Assembly (NCBI GenBank): GCA_951406725.2
Contig: OX597822.1
Span: 22,196,001-22,260,000, forward strand
DNA from: Octopus vulgaris
Lineage: Eukaryota
DNA: 64,000 nucleotides
Direction: 5' to 3'
The translations under genes and the position numbers were made by a program. Below, one piece after another: positions 52,051-64,000 of this stretch. Each line of letters starts with the position of its first letter. The first letter of the stretch is position 1. The notes under the pieces were generated by a model. The model saw nothing but the letters and a program-made list of their open reading frames with translations. It was not told the DNA's origin and made no database searches.

Positions 52051-52474
52051 TTGATTACCCTTTGCTCTATACCCTATTATCTGCACTAAATCAGAGAAAA
52101 TAAAAGTAGACTAACCTAATTATTAAAAAGTTATTAACCCACAGCAACATCGTTTTCTATTTTGAACAAGTGAACTATGATTATTAGATGTTAAAATAAA
52201 AATATTAAAATGAAAATGTTATAAAATTGTATCAAAAGTATCTGATTTTTGCACTATATTGAATACTAGTGAGACAAAACAACAAAATGGTCTCTACAGG
52301 GATAAAGCATTGATGATGGATAAAGTATAATGCCTATGTATGTGTACGTTTATTGGCACTGCTCTTCAATGTAAAGAAATTAACCTGCTATTGCTATGAA
52401 TGCTACTATTACAGTTTCTAACAAATTTTACTAATTATATTGTATTATTAATGATATCCATTTAATATTTTCAG

Positions 52475-52602
52475 CAACATTTCAAGTGGAGAAAGGTACA
52501 AAATGGGTGAAAGGGAACTACAAAAGTGTTGGATTTTACCGAGTCAATTACGAAGTTGATGTCTGGATGTCTCTCGTATCTGAGCTGACCACAAACTATC
52601 AG
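52475..52602 (+). CDS. Internal coding exon of the same M1 aminopeptidase (start of the ERAP1_C-type C-terminal region)
   Basis: TTTTCAG acceptor ending at 52474, GTAGGT donor at 52603. Translates (T)TFQVEKGTKWVKGNYKSVGFYRVNYEVDVWMSLVSELTTNYQ with the hallmark 'WxKxNxxxxGFYRVNY'. Phase 1 start matches the end of the 8071-8153 exon. Confidence 0.93.
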
Positions 52603-52894
52603 GTAGGTTCAGTTTGTTTCTTTCTTAACTCTCTCTCACCCATATATATACATATGGTTGAGTGGACAAATGTAAGAAGTGGGGCATTCAATATTTTTAG
52701 TTGGAGTTACATATATTATTATTTAAAACAGTTTGATTCAACCCCATGCAACCTGACGTTTTGTAGGTTTATTATAGAAACCTAGCTTCTTGGGCTGCCC
52801 TACAAGTTAGGTTTCTGTAAAAAGCTTATAAAACTTTGTCGCATAAGGCCAAACCAAACTGTTTTAAATAATAATAATAATGATGATACAATCC

Positions 52895-53100
52895 TTTCTA
52901 CTAAAAGCAAAAGGTCTGAAATTTGTGGGGAGGGCGCCAATTGATTAGATCGATCCTGGTATGTAACTGGTACTTAATTCATCGACCCCAAAAGGATAAA
53001 AGGCAAAGTCAACTTTGGCAGAATTTGAACTCAGAATGTAGTGATGGGCAAAATACCACTAAGCATTTTTCCCAGTACTCTAATGATTCTGCCAGCTCAC
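52895..53100 (-). mobile_element. SINE family D
   Basis: Minus strand: gagctggcagaatcattag head, ttctgagttcaaattc B box, gttgactttgccttttatccttttggggtcgatgaattaagtacc central domain. Confidence 0.8.
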
Positions 53101-54779
53101 TAATGTACATACACTCACACACATCTACACATGTACACACATACATGTATATACTATGCCAGCTTTAAAAATGGACATAATAATTAGCAATGCATTTATG
53201 TATACAAGTATGTATGTAGATGAGACAGATAAAAAGAATTATGTAAGTATGCACTTTATGAGGAAAATAACCCAAGTTAAAGACCTGAATATATACAAAT
53301 TATTACTATGATACACTTGAGAGTACCAGATAGAATGCAACCACAGTTTTATTGATAACCATGAAACATTTTGGAACTCCTACACCAAATTTTTATTTGC
53401 ATGATAGGACAAGATGAATTGGAAATCCTATCAGATCCATAAACCATCTTCCTCACACTCCTATCCTAGCATATAAGAATAGACTACCATAAAAAGTTAG
53501 AAAATCAATACTGTAAACAGTACTTCAGGATTACCTCATCTATGATGGTTAAAATTTAACTTATAAATTCACACACATGCATGTGCATGTGTGCATTGCC
53601 TTGAAAAAATACACCCAGTACACACTGTGAAGTAGATGACAAACAAGTGAAGAAAATATACTCTACGAGGTTTCTTTATTTTTGTCTTGCTGATGACTAT
53701 TCAACCTTTTGTAATCTTTTGTAATCTTGGTATCATGAGAAAATGTACCAAGTACTCTCTGTAAAATTATTGGCAATAGAATGGGCATCCTGCCATAGAA
53801 ACTAAGCTTAAATGACACATACAAACACCAGTCTTTGATAGCAATTGCTTCTAATATGAACGGATTCAGATTGTGATGATCAATCCAACCCATAGCAACA
53901 TCTGAAAACAACCATAAAATCATGATAATGATAATAGTATATGTGAAGCTTGGTAACATACCATCAACTAGTCTGTTTCCTTGTTTACATATACATGTAG
54001 TGCTGCCTTTGAGATAAGAGGATTTGACAAGAACTGTGACTCAAAGGTACCAAACTCAGAATGGAATGTTCCTTGCAGCTGCTATGGCCCGTTTGTCTAT
54101 TCTGAATAAAGCGAACCAGCTCCAGCAAGCCTACACCCACTGTGAATAGCTTTCTAATTACATCTTTGTTCATAAAGACAGATCATGATACATGATGATG
54201 ATTATGTGTGTATGCATGTGGATATAAATGTGTGTGTGCCTCATCATCATTGTTTTTACTATATTGTGTTGATTTTCCATGCAGACATGTGTTGGATGGG
54301 ATATTTCTGCTCTCCTAAATGTTTGCTGGGGGTAATAATGACAGAAAGGGCATCTGACCATTAAAAAAAATTCTCTGCCCTAACACAATCATGTCTGAAC
54401 TATGCAAACATGAGAAAGTAGACATTAAAATGATGATGATGATATATAGTTATATAAATATGCAGAGGCATGTTTGATAATTGTCATCATCGTTCTTTTA
54501 CCTCTGCTCTTCATATGTTGGATGAGTTTGCTCACCCAGATGAGACAGATAGAGTGGGACCTTATCTCACTCATATTTCACTTCTGCTGTTGGATTCTCT
54601 TTCTAAAACTAACCACTTTGCACAATTTACTGGGTGTATATTTCATGACAACAATGCCAGAGAGGCCTCATCTTGGCTAAAGGGACCTAACAACCTGACT
54701 TCTTTACTCATTTGCCCTCCTCTTCACAGAATGTGAAGTATGAATGATAGTTAGGTTAGTCCACATTACTCTATAAGGA

Positions 54780-55000
54780 GCATAGGGCTGGTTTTCCAGT
54801 CTCTCTGGTTTGTATATTCCTCCCTGCACGGGACACCAGTCCAGTGTAGGATTACTCATTTTAACCAGCTAAGTGAACTGGAGCAACATGAAATGAAGTG
54901 TTCTGCTCGAGAACATAATGCAATGCCTGGTCCAGGAAACAAAACCACAATCTTACAACCATGAGTCCAACTCCCTAACCTCTAAGCCATGCACTTCCAC
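54780..55000 (-). mobile_element. tRNA-derived SINE (family B-like head, third body type)
   Basis: Minus strand tggaagtgcatggcttagaggttagggagttggactcatggttg... then gcagaacacttcatttca...aaatgagta; related degenerate copy at about 31395-31550 (+). Confidence 0.7.
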
Positions 55001-55519
55001 ATGAATAATATAGACGAGAGGGAAATGTGATTGTAGAATGATTGGTTTGAGTATTTGGTATTCTGAGATAGATAAAACTATTTAAGGCAATATTCATAGC
55101 AGGAATGTTACAGAAGTCTACGTGACAATGTTCACTCTGAGTTGTGTACTTTTTTTTCATTGTTATTCATTTTGGAGTTTGTTTATAGAGGTGTTTCATA
55201 CAAGTAGACCTTATTCTTATCTGCCAGACCTGACTGCTGGAGAGAAGTAGAGATAGATGTCACCATTATGTCATCAACGTTAGTTATCCAACTACACCTT
55301 TTCATGATTTCAGTTATCTTATCTAGCTATTTCTCTGCCAGCAATTTGCCAATTTCATAACTAGCACAAATTCAAAAGAGTTTGCAGCTTTGTTCTTTGC
55401 TTTTGAGTATTTTGACCCAGGCTCTTTTGCAATTTGTTGCACAAGACCCATACTCCACAGTATTCAAGAAGACCCATCCTCCACAACAGAAGTGCTAAGA
55501 CCACATCTTTTGGTGAAGA

Positions 55520-55790
55520 GGATTGGCACTGTGCCAGTGCCATGTAAAAAACACTCATGGAGGTGCAACATAAAAAGTACTCATGGCAGTGCCAGATAAA
55601 AGCAATCATGCTCATGACATGTTAAAAGCACCCAGCAACACTGTAAAGTGGTTGGCATTAGAAAGGGCATCCAACCATAGATACCATGCCATATCAGACT
55701 GGAACTTGGTGCAGCATCCCAGCTTGCCAGCTCTGGTCAAACTGTCTAACCCATGCCAGCATGGAAAACAGACATTAAAAGATGATGATT
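55520..55790 (+). mobile_element. Family C retroposon with (GAT)n tail
   Basis: gtaaaaagca repeats, gtggttggcattagaaagggcatcca, aacccatgccagcatgg, ttaaaagatgatga. Confidence 0.8.
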
Positions 55791-56879
55791 GATGAACACA
55801 CATCCATTCACCTGCCTTTCAGTATCTCCACAATTTCATCTGAATTTTCTAAAGGTAATAAATATATTGATGTATGTATATACAGGGGTATCCTTATTGC
55901 TATAATTATTGCATGCTGCAAGAACACCACTGTATTCAAATATATAAATATTTGTAAAATTGCCAAGTGATGTCTAGACTTTGAAAAAAGTTAATTTGAA
56001 ATTTTCTGAAAATTAAACTGAATATAGCACATAAGCCTCACTATATATAATAAAAAAAAATAAAATTGGTCCCATTTTTACAGTTTACTAGTTTATTGAC
56101 TTGCATCAGGGTATGTAACTATAATAAATAAATGTTTTTATTGTTCTGTAATTTATTGTAAAAGGAAGTATTTGTTTTAATTTTAAATTACTGTCAAACC
56201 AACCAGAACTTCTAGAAAATCTTTCATTAGTTGCCCCCTCCAATTTTGGTTTCTTTGCTGCCTTTATTTTAAACTACAACAAACAGACAGCCTTTGCTTT
56301 TGGTAACCCTTTTGCTACCAAGTTTCTATAGAAATGCATTGCTTTTGTTTCAGTTAATTTTGAAGAATCTAGTAAAATAATTTTGTTGCTATTAAACTGG
56401 GATTTGGAACGTAAATTAACATCAAGTTTTGATGGAAGGTTTAATTTAAATTACTTTAAAAGAAAAAGTTTATATCATAGGATCAAGGGTTGTATGAGGC
56501 AAGTTGATATCAAAAGTGTTAAAGTAATGCACTTTTGATTGCAGTCTTTGATCCAAGTTGACAAAGACTTTCTATTTCAATCATTGCAATGGTTTTGTTG
56601 TCATTTGAAAATTCAATGATGAAACAAAATTCTGTCCTTGTTCCTTATAAAGCTTTGTGTTCTGAATAATGTTATGCAATGTTGATTTGGTGTTAGCTTG
56701 TTCTCAACAAGTTTTAGCTTTGGTATCATCACTTTCATGCTTGCTAATTATTGCTTCCAATCCATTTATTTTCCTATTCTTTCTTTTAGTTTCAGTTGTA
56801 TCAGTGAGAAATACGCACATATGCACAAACACAGCTTTAGAATTTGGTATAATAGAGCGAGGGTTTGGGGATCTTTTAT

Positions 56880-57245
56880 CTTACTTCTTTCAGTTATTAG
56901 ACTGTGGCCATGCTGGAGCACTGCCTTGAAGGAATTTTAGTCAAATGAATCAACCCCAATACTTTTTACTATCTTTTTTTTAAAGCCTAGTACTTATTCT
57001 ATCAGTCTCTTTTGCCAACTTGCTAAGTTACTGGGATATACATTCCAACACCGGCTGTCAAGCAGTGGTGGAGGATAAACAAAGACACACACACAATGGG
57101 TTTCTTCCAGTTTCCATCTATTAAACCCACTCAAAAGATTTCCATCGACCTGAGGCTATAGTAGAAGACACTTGCCCAAGGAGCCACAGAGTGAGACTGA
57201 ATTCAGAACCATGTGGTCAGGAAGCAAGCTTCTTACCAAACAGCA
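56880..57245 (-). mobile_element. SINE family A
   Basis: Homology to family A in reverse orientation. Confidence 0.85.
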
Positions 57246-57727
57246 GAATATACAATTAAATTTCAAACAAATTCTACAAACAACTGAGCAAGAATTACAA
57301 CACAACAAAATAAAGAATTTATAAAGGGAGTATGCCACTATTAATATTGTTTAATCATTCTAAATGTTTTTCTCTTCCCACACTATATGTCCCAAACATA
57401 GAATCATTTTGATAAGTAAACTTAATTCTAATACTTAAAGTCGGATTGAAGCTTCATCAGAAGAAGAGTAAAGACTAGATTAGAAGCAAACTACTCTAAC
57501 ATATATGACATGCTATGTCAGTCAGCTGTCTACACATTCATGCGCAGCACATACATGCATATATGTGGCTGGTGTTAGGAAGGGCATCAAGCTGTAAAAA
57601 CTATGCCAAAACAGACACTGAAGCCTAGTGCAGTCTTCTGCCTAGCCAGCTCCGATCAAGCCATCCAACTCATGCCAGCATGAAAAGCGGATATTAAATG
57701 ACAATGATGACATGTTATATATATATA

Positions 57728-58124
57728 GGCGCAGGAGTGGCTGTGTGGTAAGTAGCTTGCTTACCAACCACATGGTTCTAGGTTCAGTCCCACTGCATGG
57801 CACCTTGGGCAAGTGTCTTCTACTATAGCCTCGGGCCAACCAAAGCCTTGTGAGTGGATTTGGTAGACAGAAACTGAAAGAAGGCTGTCGTATATATGTA
57901 TGCGTGTGTATATGTTTGTGTGTCTGTGTTTGTCCCCCCCACATCGCTTGACAACTGATGGTGGTGTGTTTATGTCCCCGAAACTCAGTGGTTCGGCAAA
58001 AGAGACTGATAGAATAAGTACTAGGCTTACAAAGAATAAGTCCTGAGGTTGATTTGTTCAACTAAAGGCGGTGCTCTAGTATGGCCACAGTCAAATGACT
58101 GAAACAAGTAAAAGAGTAAAGAGA

Positions 58125-58125
<1 letters not shown>
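57728..58125 (+). mobile_element. SINE family A, full length, inserted in (TA)n
   Basis: ggcgcaggagtggctgtgtggtaag...ggttcagtcc...caccttgggcaagtgtc...gaaacaagtaaaagagtaaagag. Confidence 0.93.
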
Positions 58126-58163
<38 letters not shown>

Positions 58164-58498
58164 CACACATACGCACACCATACATATATACATTTCTTTG
58201 AGTGTGTGTGTATGTGCCACCTGCCTTCGTCTTTTGTCTATTTTCATAAAGCTTCCCATTATATATGCATTATACACTCACACACACACATACACTTTAT
58301 TTGTGGGTTAACAAGGCAACCAATGGTTTCATGTGAAGAGATCTTCACATGTGTGACATAAATCTCAATCATGGTTTAAGTATACTGTATATAGTCACGC
58401 ATCTACATATTTATAAAGTTATATGTGTGTGTGTGCCTATTCACATGCCTACACACACATTTCAAAGTAATAAAATAATGAATTAAAACATGTGTGTT

Positions 58499-58626
58499 GA
58501 AAGAAAGAAAGAAAGAAAGAAAGGAAGACAGAAGGATAGATAGACAGAGAGAGAGAGAGAGCAAACAAGAGCAAGAAATGGAAGGATAGTTGGAAAGATA
58601 AAAATATGATTGAGAGACAGATAAAG

Positions 58627-58676
<50 letters not shown>

Positions 58677-58872
58677 AGAGAGAGAGAACTAAAAGAGGCA
58701 GGTAAATAAGAAAAATTGAAAAGACGGGTAAGATAGAGGGAAATAGATGTGTAGATCGGATAGGTGGGTAGTTAGATGGATAAATAGATAGGTGCATAGA
58801 AATAACAAGCAGAGAGACAGACAGGCAGACAGGCAGACAGGGAAAGAGAGAAAGTGAGAGAGAGGGAGAGAA
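58499..58872 (+). repeat. Polypurine compound microsatellite (GAAA/GATA/GA/GACA)
   Basis: Direct reading of the sequence. Confidence 0.9.
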
Positions 58873-59871
58873 ATTTTATGAATATTCTCTAAGAGAAGAT
58901 GAAAAGAATGGAATGAATAAACACATTGAATCTGTTAGAAACTGGCTAGAAAACTAAAATGATAGGTTATATCAAAAAAAGGAAATAAGATTAATGGTGC
59001 GAAATTTGCAAATTTCCTGCAGAAGAGGAATAACAGGCTGCAGTATCCATCAAAATTGCAATAGTTTAGCTTTAAGTATCAATGTTAAGCACTTGATGCA
59101 GTCAAATGCAATTAGATGCAAAGAATAATTTCTTACAACAGTTAACAGAGAAATGGGAATGGAAATTGAACCTACTCCAAGTTGAAGACTAAACCAATTA
59201 GCAGATAGTGAAAGATATTTGAAGAAATAGTCACTTTTTTTTTTTTTACTTCATCTCTATTGCCACTGCTACCACCAACACTATCACTTCCAACAACCAC
59301 TACCCACTTTTGAATAATGTAAAAGATGTGGGCGAATACCACATTGATTAAGAACAGAGCTATTCAAAAATTTTAATTGGATTTTATTTGAGACAATTAT
59401 CTCTAATATCAGAACCAATGTTATCACTAAAAAAAAAAAAGGTAGGGAAATCCTTGAGAATAATGTTATTTCAGTAGCCAAGGATTTTATGAGAAACTGG
59501 AATTATCATTCCAAAATATAAAAATTCCATTAGTTATTAACAAATATCAGTAGCAAATATTTCATATTTTTATATTCATTGTGTTCCAGTGACATAAACA
59601 TTAATCTGAAGATTTATAGTTTGCTTTCATTGACAAATGAATCTTCAGACTGGCCTGATAGTGATACCAAGCTTTGTTGTCACTTACTGCACCAGTCAAC
59701 AGGTGCAATAATGCATTCATCTACCCAGTTGTCCAAAGATGTATCAACATTATCACTTTGTAGATTACTCAACTAGCATACATACATATCATGAGTATCA
59801 TTGTTTAATGTCCATTTTCTATGTTGTGCTCCAGTATCCACTTTAGCATGGTTTCTGTGACTGGATACCCT

Positions 59872-60302
59872 TGTAGTGACACCATCTTGGAAATCTCCGG
59901 CACGCATGCACAGGGTTGGAATCTTCTGGAAGGCTTGCTGGAAGTTCCTTCATGCGCATGCGCAGAAAACTAGCAGCAGCAAAATTCTCTTGTATCTCTC
60001 TCTTGGACGCTAGCAGCTGAATGATACAGACATGTCTACAGCAGCTTTCTTGAGCTGCTACCTCGTGGCGCATCCCCGCTATGCTTGAACAGGAAGGATT
60101 GACTCACTCCACTAGACTACTGCCACTAAGCTCCTAGGTTGCTGATTCATCCAAAAGAAAGAAGTGTTTATATTGTGAATCAAAGAATAAATATTTATAC
60201 TGTTGAAGTTAGCGGAAAATCTTGACTCTTTCTTCAATTAATATTTGATGTGAAGGATGCAAGTAGCACCCATCCACTGCAGGAATCTCTCATCCTGTTA
60301 CA
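59872..60302 (+). mobile_element. Solo LTR (431 bp) with 4-bp TSD
   Basis: TGTAG...TTACA termini; CCCT at 59868-59871 and 60303-60306; AATAAA at 60186; higher GC/CpG than the flanks. Confidence 0.8.
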
Positions 60303-60727
60303 CCCTTTTTAAGTACACCACATCCCAGATTTGCTGGCACCAACAGTTTTGCCTGTATCACCATCTTAACTCTTGGAAATAGTCAAGATCAGAGAAGCTG
60401 GTTACCTCCTGACAATATTACCAATTATCTCTCAGCAGACATATCAAGTGATATATAGCAGACCAGATAACTCAGATAATTTCGGAGGGAGAACAATGGA
60501 GTTGTTCCCTAATGCACAGTGTTGCCAAGTGTCTCACAGAAGGCAGAGAAGTAGAATTCAACAGACCAGCTTTTACCAGACAACGCAGACCAAGTCTAGC
60601 AGAGAGTACCACTGATTCACACCCAAAACAAATGAGAGATCCAAGTTCTACACTGTTGCTCCAACTCATTGTTACCAGCTTCATAAACATACATGCAGTT
60701 GAACTATGACTGAGTTCACAAAAGTTT

Positions 60728-60930
60728 ATCATCATTCAATGTCCTTTTACCATGCTGGCATTGGTTTGATAGTTTGACAAGAACAGAAGAGCCAAAGGGC
60801 TCCACTAGGTTCTGTATCTGCTTTGGCATGGTTTATAAAGCGAGATGCTTTTCCCAAGGCCAACCACTTAACAGTGTGTGCTGGGTGCTTTTTACATGGC
60901 ACCAGCAACAGTGAGGTCGACAAGTACCCT
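60728..60930 (-). mobile_element. Family C retroposon, degenerate
   Basis: atcatcattcaatgtcc...ccatgctggca...gccaaccact...gggtgctttttacatggcaccagca. Confidence 0.7.
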
Positions 60931-61554
60931 GACAGTGACTGGAGAAAGAAACTATGAAAGAGGGAGAGGAACTAGTGTCTTTCTGAAGAGGTGAATTCAT
61001 GGCTTGCCACCTGGAAAGAGAGAGAGAACAAGAGCGAGAGAGAAAGAGAAAGAAAGAGGTGTGTGTAGTCTAGGTAAAACGTGAATATAAAACAGAGGTA
61101 CAGTATAAACAGGGAATAAACCAAACTATCTTACACTAAAGCTCAGATCCCCTCTGACATCTTTTGTAGCAATAGGACCCAACAGAACACTTCATTTAAC
61201 TAATTTCATATGAGGTATGTGTTAAACTGAATAAATATACAAAGCAATGACTCATGTCTGTTAGTTGTGACTGATAGTATGTGTACTTTCTTCCCCACAC
61301 TGTACACATGCAGCATATTTAAATACACACATGCACACAGATATATTTCTGGGACTCTGTGTGTGTGTGGGTGGGTGTGCATGCATGCATGCTTGTGCAT
61401 ACATGTATATATGGAAAAGTGTATGAATGTTGATATTCCATGTCTACTACTGCTTCAGTAAGATGGCAATGATATCATGATGTTGACATTGTGAGCAGTG
61501 ACTATGTACTTTCAAAGAGTTTTGCCAAATAAATGTGATGTGTGAACATGCAAA

Positions 61555-61593
<39 letters not shown>

Positions 61594-61681
61594 AATAAGC
61601 AACAAGTATATCCAAGTTAGAGTAGTACAATTGTTTCATGCTACTTCATTTTATTAAACACTGTATTACATCAGTTTTAAA

Positions 61682-61683
<2 letters not shown>

Positions 61684-61750
<67 letters not shown>
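61684..61750. repeat. (TA)n microsatellite
   Basis: Direct reading; forms the left flank of the family C insertion. Confidence 0.95.
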
Positions 61751-61753
<3 letters not shown>

Positions 61754-62111
61754 GCATGATCGTTGCCAGAGCAGCCAACTGGCTTCTATGCCAGTGGCAT
61801 GTAAAAGGTCACCATTCGAGCGTGGTCGTTACCAAAGTCGCCTACTGGCACCTGTGCTGGTGGCATGTGTAAAAGGATTCAAGTGAGGTCATTGCCAGTA
61901 CCACCTGACTGGTCCCCGTGCCGGTGGCATGTAAAAAGCACCCACTACACTCACTCTCGGAGTGGTTGGTGTTAGGAAGGGCATCCAGCTGTAGAAACTC
62001 TGCCAAATCAATATTGGAGCCTGGTGCAACCATCTGGTTCGCCACCCCTCAGTCAAAATCGCCCAACCCATGCTAGCATGGAAGGCGGACGTTAAACGAT
62101 GATGATGATGA

Positions 62112-62114
<3 letters not shown>
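61750..62114 (+). mobile_element. Family C retroposon with (GAT)n tail inserted in (TA)n
   Basis: Repeated gtggcatgtaaaa units, ggttggtgttaggaagggcatccagctgtagaaac, catgctagcatggaaggcggacgttaaac(gat)n; (TA)n on both sides. Confidence 0.85.
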
Positions 62115-62153
<39 letters not shown>

Positions 62154-62988
62154 CACCAACTTGCAGAATGCCAGATTCATCTCTGTGACACTCACTTTTT
62201 CAAGATTGTAAGAATCAGCTTGCATTTCATTTTGTTTACTATCTGTATAGCATTTTCTTGATGTTGAAATCAAAGCCTCATACCAAATGTACCATTGATA
62301 AAACTCATCAGAGCTACATTAATTTATCGATTTATTGACCAACAGAGGATATAATTAAAACCATTGTTAAGTGCCATGCCATACTTTTTGTTTATCATGG
62401 AGTGAATTTACAATTTCTCTACATATTATTTGTTACCTTGCCAGATTTCTAATTAGATTCATAATGTTCTGTCTATTAAATATGTTAGCACTATTGTTAT
62501 TTGTTTAGATGGTGTCTCTGAAATAGTTAATTTCTCAGCAAATTTATTTTCCTATGACAATAAAGTGCAATCATATACATTTACTTAAGGAATCATTTAG
62601 CACATACTGGACCAATGAAAATAATGTTGTCATTGGCTAAAACTGCGTGTTTTTTTTGTCTTTTTTTTAGCTCCCCCCCACACACACACACACATTCCTG
62701 TATCATTAGCTTTTAAATACACCGTATATTCAAAATGTTAACACTACCTTATCTACTGACATCATAGGATTTAATATTGCATTTGCTTTCACACTTGAAT
62801 ATTTTATTTGACTGTTTCTCCTCCGAGGGTTGCAAGAGATTGAGTCTATCAGATATGCTGCTCCAATTTAAATGGTCAACATTTCGTTTATAGGAGGCAT
62901 TTGAATAGAAGCAAACATAGTCATGTGCTTAAGAAGTTCCCTTCTCAACTTGTGGGTTTTGAGTTCAGTCTTTCTTCATGTTTCATTT

Positions 62989-62991
<3 letters not shown>

Positions 62992-63054
<63 letters not shown>
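62992..63054. repeat. (GT)n microsatellite
   Basis: Direct reading of the sequence. Confidence 0.95.
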
Positions 63055-63057
<3 letters not shown>

Positions 63058-63189
63058 ATACACATACACAGAGGCACACAGGGTGCAAGAGGTATTTGAG
63101 GAAATATTTGGTAATTTAGTAAAACAACTTTAATCTAGCAAAGGTCAACTATATTTTAATATAAATTTTATGCACACATTCTTGATAAG

Positions 63190-63490
63190 TTTTCATATAA
63201 GAGTATTTTATGAATCATAAACATTAAGGGATTCCAGTCCTTAAACAAGACTAGAATTGTTGATAGGCTTGTACTAAATGGTTCTTATTCATTTGGACGT
63301 TACCTGGACAAGGGCAACCTTCAGTGAGGGTTTGTTAATGTGAGGATGTTGATTAATCTCCCTTCAAACAATGCCCTAAACAGTGTAGTCCTTGGGATTT
63401 AAATCTGGCTTGTTTGAAGGTCAAACATTTGGTGTTATATGATCGTAAAGATTGTCTAACATCCTTTAATAATGAAGCATTCTTTTGTTT
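63190..63490 (-). mobile_element. maT/DD37D-type transposase C-terminal remnant
   Basis: Minus strand LDNLYDHITPNV*PSNKPDLNPKDYTV*GIV*REINQHPHINKPSLKVAL, a decayed WPPSSPDLNPLDY-VWG motif. Not in the ORF track because of the stops. Confidence 0.75.
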
Positions 63491-64000
63491 GTTTGTTTTT
63501 ACTGAACCAATAAAATTTTACCATTTTTTAAACTCTCAGCATAGCAACATACATTCATCCATGAACAAAGAGATCACTTGAGAAAGAACTAATGTATTTT
63601 ATTCACTAACTGACAATGAGATTCATTGATTGTATGTATGTAAGAGCCAGATAAAGGGGAAGTTGTAATTGCATAAACCTAAGTGGGAGAGTGGTGTAAA
63701 AAGATTGTAGTTTATTTCTTAGCACAATGGCATATTTCACTTTTTGTCAACTTCAGTCCTATGTCCCTGTAACTGGGTCATGTGAATTATTGCCCCAGTA
63801 ACAGGCCCCTTTAGCAACAGATCCCTTTTAAATATGAAAGAGTGTAGGAAACTAGCCTGCTAAAGTTATAGCTAATGCAGACATCCATCAGGTAATTGTT
63901 ATCATTGACTTCATCATTGCAGAAATAAATGATTTTATAAGTGACCATTTTCCATCTAACATGTTTAAAATTTTGTCATTCATAAAATCAACATCAGGGG

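Noticed and set aside
52486-52785. 99-aa ORF as a standalone gene
   Set aside because: Only the part to 52602 is exon; the rest is intron read-through past the GT donor.
52603-64000. Search for the following aminopeptidase exon (DRxxLIDDAF-type)
   Set aside because: No matching phase-0 exon found by eye; it probably lies beyond the window.

Overview
AT-rich, repeat-dense eukaryotic genomic DNA. The SINE families and microsatellite load look like an octopus (coleoid cephalopod) genome; this is an inference from repeat appearance. The only host coding sequence I can support is three in-phase + strand exons (2713-2876, 8071-8153, 52475-52602) from the middle of an M1-family zinc aminopeptidase gene (glutamyl aminopeptidase/aminopeptidase N-like). 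They are separated by introns of 5.2 kb and 44.3 kb. The rest is intronic and filled with decayed mobile DNA: mariner and maT (DD37D) transposons, mariner and hAT MITEs, RTE and CRE-like non-LTR fragments, Helitron pieces, a solo LTR with target-site duplication (TSD), several tRNA-derived SINE families and microsatellites. The least obvious signals are six minimal hammerhead-ribozyme-like motifs (Penelope/retrozyme type, mostly sense to the host pre-mRNA), a 134-nt near-perfect intronic hairpin and closely spaced inverted SINE pairs. Nearly all ORFs in the supplied track are artefacts of repeats.
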